This document shows, piece after piece, positions 60,047 to 64,000 of a stretch of 64,000 bases of DNA. Location of the stretch: NCBI GenBank assembly GCA_041658745.1, contig JBAZZP010000003.1, positions 83,423 to 147,422 on the forward strand, written 5' to 3'. Made by a program: the position numbers and the translations under genes. The stretch comes from Candidatus Margulisiibacteriota bacterium. Its GTDB lineage: Bacteria; Margulisbacteria; WOR-1; O2-12-FULL-45-9. The notes under the pieces are model-generated. The model searched no databases. It saw only the letters and a program-made list of their open reading frames with translations, and had not been told where the DNA came from. The number at the start of each line of letters is the position of its first letter. The stretch's first letter is position 1.

Positions 60047-61144
60047 TTATTTTTCCGAATCTTCTCCCCGAGAAAGCCATAAAGCAAAAAGATGGGAGAC
60101 AGGATCATTTTGAGGAACCGCAAGAAAAGGGGTGGCAATCCCAAAGGCTTGCCCCAAGGCACTCAAAGCAAACTCTTTTCTTCTCCCCTTAGAGATTACG
60201 GCTCCACAAAGAGAAAAGAAGACCTCGCCTAAAAGACTTCTTTCGGTTAATATAAAGTCCCGACCTTGCGACGGGCCTGTCAAAGAAAGCAGCTTTATTG
60301 GCCTATATGCCGACTGTATGCCTGCCTTGAAAGAACCTGGCCTCCCCCCTTCGGCAGGATGATGCCAAAAACGTGAAAGAGGCATAAAAACTAATTGCCA
60401 CTCTTTTGCCACTCGATTAGCAAATTCAGAATCCTCCGCTTTAGTATACCCGGGGAAATTTACTTCATCATAATGCTCTTTCTCAAAAACTTCCTTTCTA
60501 AAAGCGGCCACTCCCCCAAACACATTTGTCCTTGTTGGATGGTTGGTCCAATTAACTTTTGCTAAATAACCATTGGGCAACAATAGCCCATCATATTCTT
60601 CCCCAAATGGTTGGAATAGGTGAAATATTGTAGCTTTTACGCCTCCTCTCCTCGGCTTGTTCACCCAAAAGCCATCAACTCCCCCTATTTTTTTCTCTTT
60701 ATCTGCTACAAATATCCTTAAGGTTTGTTCTAGGTACTCTTTATCAAAAAAAATGTCATCATCTGCAAAAAAGACAATTTCGCCAAGAGCTCTTCTTTCT
60801 CCTCTGTTCCTGGAGGCCGAAATCCCACTTATTACTTCATTTGAAACAATCGAACAGGTTATCCCAGCGGATTCGATTTTTTGTTTAAGCCCGTTATGCA
60901 AAAAGTGTCCGTCGTCAACAATGATAATTTCAAATGGTTTTATGGTCTGGGCAATTAACGAATCAACACAGGCATCAAGAACCTTGCGGCGATTACGCGT
61001 CGGGATAACAACTGAAACCCTTGGGAGATTAATCCCCGCCAAAGAACTTGGCAGGACAGACGTATATCTCCGCTCTTCTGCCGTTTTGAGTCGAGAAGAA
61101 TAGTTTTTGACAAACATTCTCTTTATTGCCGCTCCAACTTTCAT
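60047..61144 (-). CDS. GT2-family glycosyltransferase
   Basis: VSVVIPTRNRRKVLDACVDSL.., IIVDDG and FADDD (DxD). Confidence 0.8.
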   Translation of the reverse strand: MKVGAAIKRMFVKNYSSRLKTAEERRYTSVLPSSLAGINLPRVSVVIPTRNRRKVLDACVDSLIAQTIKPFEIIIVDDGHFLHNGLKQKIESAGITCSIVSNEVISGISASRNRGERRALGEIVFFADDDIFFDKEYLEQTLRIFVADKEKKIGGVDGFWVNKPRRGGVKATIFHLFQPFGEEYDGLLLPNGYLAKVNWTNHPTRTNVFGGVAAFRKEVFEKEHYDEVNFPGYTKAEDSEFANRVAKEWQLVFMPLSRFWHHPAEGGRPGSFKAGIQSAYRPIKLLSLTGPSQGRDFILTERSLLGEVFFSLCGAVISKGRRKEFALSALGQAFGIATPFLAVPQNDPVSHLFALWLSRGEDSEK

Positions 61145-61152
61145 ATTTAATA

Positions 61153-61179
61153 ATCGTTCTGTCTCATAGTAAATTTCAC
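61153..61179 (-). promoter_or_regulatory. ECF-sigma-like promoter box GTGAAAT-N16-CGAT, 8 nt before the GT2 ATG
   Basis: The coding strand reads TGTGAAAT-ttactatgagacagaa-CGAT-tattaaat-ATG. There is no SD. Confidence 0.5.
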
Positions 61180-61209
61180 AATTTAGCCAAAAAGTTATAT
61201 AATATTTTT

Positions 61210-62286
61210 ATGTCCAAACAAACTCCCCTTTATTCCCAACATATAAAGCTTGGTGCCAAAATGGTTCCCTTTGGCGGCTGGGATATGCCGGTTTCGTATA
61301 AGGGCATCATTGAAGAGCACAATGCTACCCGCAAGGCGGCGGGACTGTTTGATATTGGCCATATGGGACTGATTAAAATTGAAGGCAAAGACGATCTGAC
61401 TTTTATCCAAAGTGTTGCTACCAATGATGCTTCCCTTTTGGCACTAAACGAATGCCAATATTCTATTCTTTGTACTCCTAGCGGTGGAGCAATTGACGAT
61501 ATTTTGGTTTACCGTTTACCGATGTTTTATATGATTATTTGCAATGCCTCTAATTTTGATAAAGTCATGGCATGGCTAACCGAAAAAGCAAAAGATTATT
61601 CTTCTTTAATTGTCGCGCCCTATGAAAATTATTGCGCTATCGCCCTGCAGGGCCCAAAAGCAATTTCGCTGACCGAAAAAACCCTAAAGGTTCCGCTTTC
61701 TTCTCTCAAACGCAACCATACGCTTTGGTGGCGCGATATTATTATCTCCCGCACCGGCTATACCGGCGAGGACGGGGTTGAAATGGTTATCGCCAAAAAT
61801 GAAGTGGCAAAGATTTGGGAAATGTTTATCGCAGCGGGAGCACAACCCTGCGGCCTGGGCGCACGCGACACCCTGCGGCTTGAAGCGGGGCTTCCACTTT
61901 ACGGACATGAATATAATGATCAGACCTCTCCGCTTGAAGTTGGTTATAGTTGGGCGGTAAAGTTGAACAAGGGAGAATTTGTTGGGCGAGAAGCATTGCT
62001 TAAACAAAAAGAGCAAGGATTAACAAAAAAGCTGGTTGGATTGGAAGTTGAGGGAAGGGCAATTGCAAGACAAGGGGGCGAAGTGTATGGTCAAGAGAAA
62101 GTAGAAAATGGAAAATTGAAAATAGGAACTGTATCGAGTGGAACGTTCTCCCCAACCCTGCAAAAACCAATTGCTTTGGCCTTCTTGGATCCAACACATG
62201 CCAAGATTGGAAACCTGGTCCAAGTTAAAATCCGCGAAAATTTCGCAAACGCTAAGATTGTTGCTAAATCGTTCTATAAGCGATAA
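61210..62286 (+). CDS. gcvT: glycine cleavage system aminomethyltransferase T
   Basis: MSKQTPLYSQHIKLGAKMVPFGGWDMPVSY.., with GYTGEDG. I prefer the ATG at 61210, because TATAAT lies at 61198-61203, 6 nt upstream. Confidence 0.92.
   Translation: MSKQTPLYSQHIKLGAKMVPFGGWDMPVSYKGIIEEHNATRKAAGLFDIGHMGLIKIEGKDDLTFIQSVATNDASLLALNECQYSILCTPSGGAIDDILVYRLPMFYMIICNASNFDKVMAWLTEKAKDYSSLIVAPYENYCAIALQGPKAISLTEKTLKVPLSSLKRNHTLWWRDIIISRTGYTGEDGVEMVIAKNEVAKIWEMFIAAGAQPCGLGARDTLRLEAGLPLYGHEYNDQTSPLEVGYSWAVKLNKGEFVGREALLKQKEQGLTKKLVGLEVEGRAIARQGGEVYGQEKVENGKLKIGTVSSGTFSPTLQKPIALAFLDPTHAKIGNLVQVKIRENFANAKIVAKSFYKR
62103..62123. repeat. 3 x tandem heptamer NGAAAAT inside gcvT
   Basis: Reads agaaaat ggaaaat tgaaaat. 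The 21 nt stay in frame and encode ..VENGKLKI.. Confidence 0.7.
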
Positions 62287-62294
62287 AATAGGAA

Positions 62295-62624
62295 TTGGAA
62301 ATGAACCTCGACGTAAAAAAATTTTATTATTACGCTCTGTGCGGAATGGCCTTTTTTGCCTTAATGTGGGGGGCGATTGATTTCGCCAGCTCCTCTCTCG
62401 GGTTAGCCTTGGCAGGGCCTTCAGAACCCAGCAACTCGCAACCTGTCCTGCCTGAAGAGATTAATCCTCAAGCCGAAAAAAACGGAGAACAAACCTTGGA
62501 TGTTTACTATCAAAAGAAAATGCTGGGCGACCGACTTTGGGATAGCTTTGCACGGGTAGTTGTTTCCGGCGCAATTTTTGCCTACTGTCGCGTCCAAGCC
62601 AAGAAAACGGAGGGAAAAGCATGA
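62295..62624 (+). CDS. small hypothetical membrane protein inserted between gcvT and gcvH
   Basis: 109-aa ORF with two hydrophobic segments. Its stop overlaps the gcvH ATG (ATGA). Confidence 0.45.
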   Translation: MEMNLDVKKFYYYALCGMAFFALMWGAIDFASSSLGLALAGPSEPSNSQPVLPEEINPQAEKNGEQTLDVYYQKKMLGDRLWDSFARVVVSGAIFAYCRVQAKKTEGKA

Positions 62625-63001
62625 GCAATTATCCAGAAGATTTGAAATATAGCAAAGAGCACGAGTGGGTTAAGGCGGAAGGCAAAATCGCCACAATTGG
62701 CATTAGCTATCATGCTCAAGACGCTTTGGGAGACGTAGTTTACGTTGAGCTCCCTTCGGTTGGAAAAGAATTGAAAGCGATGGAAGAGTTTGGGGTAGTT
62801 GAATCAGTTAAATCCGTTTCTTCTCTGTTCTGTCCCATCAGTGGCAAAGTTGTCGAAGTTAATTCCGCGTTAAATGATGCTCCTCAGGCAGTCAACGAAG
62901 ATCCTTATGGCAAGGGATGGATAATTAAAGTAGAAATGGCCAATCCAGCCGAAATCAACACACTTTTGTCTTCGGCAGATTATCAGAAAACTTTTGCTTA
63001 G
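62621..63001 (+). CDS. gcvH: glycine cleavage system H protein
   Basis: YSKEHEWV.., with the lipoyl-lysine motif ESVKSVS. Confidence 0.93.
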   Translation: MSNYPEDLKYSKEHEWVKAEGKIATIGISYHAQDALGDVVYVELPSVGKELKAMEEFGVVESVKSVSSLFCPISGKVVEVNSALNDAPQAVNEDPYGKGWIIKVEMANPAEINTLLSSADYQKTFA

Positions 63002-64000
63002 ATGGGAAATTATATCCCCAATACCGCCAAGGATCAAAAAGAGCTCCTAAAAACGGTCGGACAAGCTTCTCTTGAAAATCTTTTGGCTGACATTCCAGCA
63101 AAAGCACGCTTTAAGGGTGAATTAAGCCTTCCCTCCCCCCTTTCCGAGCCAGAATTATTAGATGAATTAACCGCCTTAAGCAAACAAAATAAGCCCTCTT
63201 CTTCGTTTTTGGGAGGCGGAAGTTACAACCATTTTATTCCAAGCGTGGTGAAGCATTTAGTTAGCCGTTCAGAATTTTATACAGCCTACACCCCCTATCA
63301 AGCTGAGATGAGCCAGGGAATGTTGCAAGCCATCTATGAGTATCAAAGTTTAATTTGTGCCTTAACGGGCATGGAAGCCGCCAATGCGTCGATGTATGAC
63401 GGGGCAACTGCCCTAGCAGAAGCTGCGTTTCTTGCGTGCCATGCCAAAGGCAAAAACGAAATTGTTATTTCAAATAGCGTGCATCCCGAATATCGCAAAG
63501 TACTTAAGACCTATGCCAAGGCGGCCGGTTTAATAATAAAAGAAGCCCCCTATCGTCCCTTGCTTCTACAAGCCATGGACAATAAGACTGCTTGTGTGAT
63601 TATTCAACAACCAAACTTTTTTGGTTGCATTGAAGAGGTTGCTGGTTTAGCCGAAAAAATCCATGCCGCTGGCGCATTGTTTATTGTAAGCGTTGACCCC
63701 ATTTCGCTTGGTATCTTAAAATCCCCCGGAGAATACGGAGCCGATATTGTAACCGGCGAAGGCCAATCTCTGGGGAATCCTCGCTCATTTGGCGGGCCGG
63801 GTCTTGGAATTATGGCCGTAAAAAAAGAATTGATTCGTCACTTGCCCGGCAGAGTGGTTGGGCAAACAGTTGATCACGATGGCAAAAGAGGTTTCTGTTT
63901 AACCCTACAGACCCGGGAACAACATATCCGCCGCGAAAAAGCATCCTCAAATATTTGCAGCAACGAAGCTCTTGCCGCACTTGCCGCCTGCATATATCTT
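63002..64000 (+). CDS. gcvPA: glycine dehydrogenase (decarboxylating) subunit 1, partial (runs off right edge)
   Basis: ATG at 63002. Translation MGNYIPNTAKDQKELLKTVG.., with YTPYQAEMSQGMLQAIYEYQ and ASSNICSNEAL. Confidence 0.9.
   Translation, partial: MGNYIPNTAKDQKELLKTVGQASLENLLADIPAKARFKGELSLPSPLSEPELLDELTALSKQNKPSSSFLGGGSYNHFIPSVVKHLVSRSEFYTAYTPYQAEMSQGMLQAIYEYQSLICALTGMEAANASMYDGATALAEAAFLACHAKGKNEIVISNSVHPEYRKVLKTYAKAAGLIIKEAPYRPLLLQAMDNKTACVIIQQPNFFGCIEEVAGLAEKIHAAGALFIVSVDPISLGILKSPGEYGADIVTGEGQSLGNPRSFGGPGLGIMAVKKELIRHLPGRVVGQTVDHDGKRGFCLTLQTREQHIRREKASSNICSNEALAALAACIYL

Noticed and set aside
61145-61209. A glycine riboswitch, which would be expected upstream of gcvT.
   Set aside because: Only 65 nt are available, and they are occupied by the divergent GT2 promoter box and a TATAAT 6 nt before the gcvT ATG. 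There is no room for a glycine aptamer.

Overview
This is a gene-dense 64-kb chromosomal window with about 73 CDS. By eye I found no rRNA, tRNA, CRISPR array, transposase or integrase. The source looks like a moderately AT-rich diderm bacterium: it has lpxD, skp/ompH and a C-terminal-Phe beta-barrel OMP. It also carries archaeal-type apgM, a bifunctional PGI/PMI and a split gcvPA, but I cannot assign a lineage from sequence alone. Most of the window is housekeeping. It includes the operons rpsF-ssb-ssb-rpsR-rplI, thrS-infC(ATT start)-rpmI-rplT, pyrH-frr-uppS-cdsA-nadC-dxr, skp-lpxD-GT4 and gcvT-orf-gcvH-gcvPA. It also includes purE, aroE, hisD, hisC, leuD, an IPMS-family gene, panC, miaA, mnmG, mutL, topA, a compact uvrC, argS, a 4-gene pseudopilin cluster and an orphan GspE/PilB-like ATPase. 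Three observations go beyond routine annotation. (1) An accessory island at 25.3-32.4 kb encodes a radical-SAM/SPASM enzyme, an MBL hydrolase, an FGE/EgtB-like enzyme, a RocB-like M20 peptidase, a pentapeptide-repeat protein and an N-terminally extended arginase-family enzyme. It is followed directly by an N-terminally extended argS, and I do not recognise the combination as a known pathway. (2) A recurrent ECF-sigma-like promoter box, GTGAAAT-N16-nGAT, usually sits 7-11 nt before an SD-less ATG. It precedes every transcription unit of that island and six other dispersed accessory genes: a frameshifted beta-CASP MBL, an NTase-fold protein, an M28/HExxH peptidase, a hypothetical gene pair and a GT2. 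Housekeeping genes instead use TTGACA/TATACT-type promoters, and many of those are also leaderless. (3) Several families of 7-, 8- and 10-nt tandem repeat arrays recur at different loci. They occur as in-frame blocks inside conserved housekeeping genes (apgM, nadC, mnmG, uppS, mutL, gcvT, ssb). They also form a 195-bp inverted-repeat element between mutL and topA. Smaller items include a Cys4 protein with a 35-residue Gly/Ala tail ending in G12, a C8-tract frameshift, a G8 tract forming an OMP gene's SD, and tandem ssb paralogues. All functional calls rest on motifs recognised by eye; no database search was possible.
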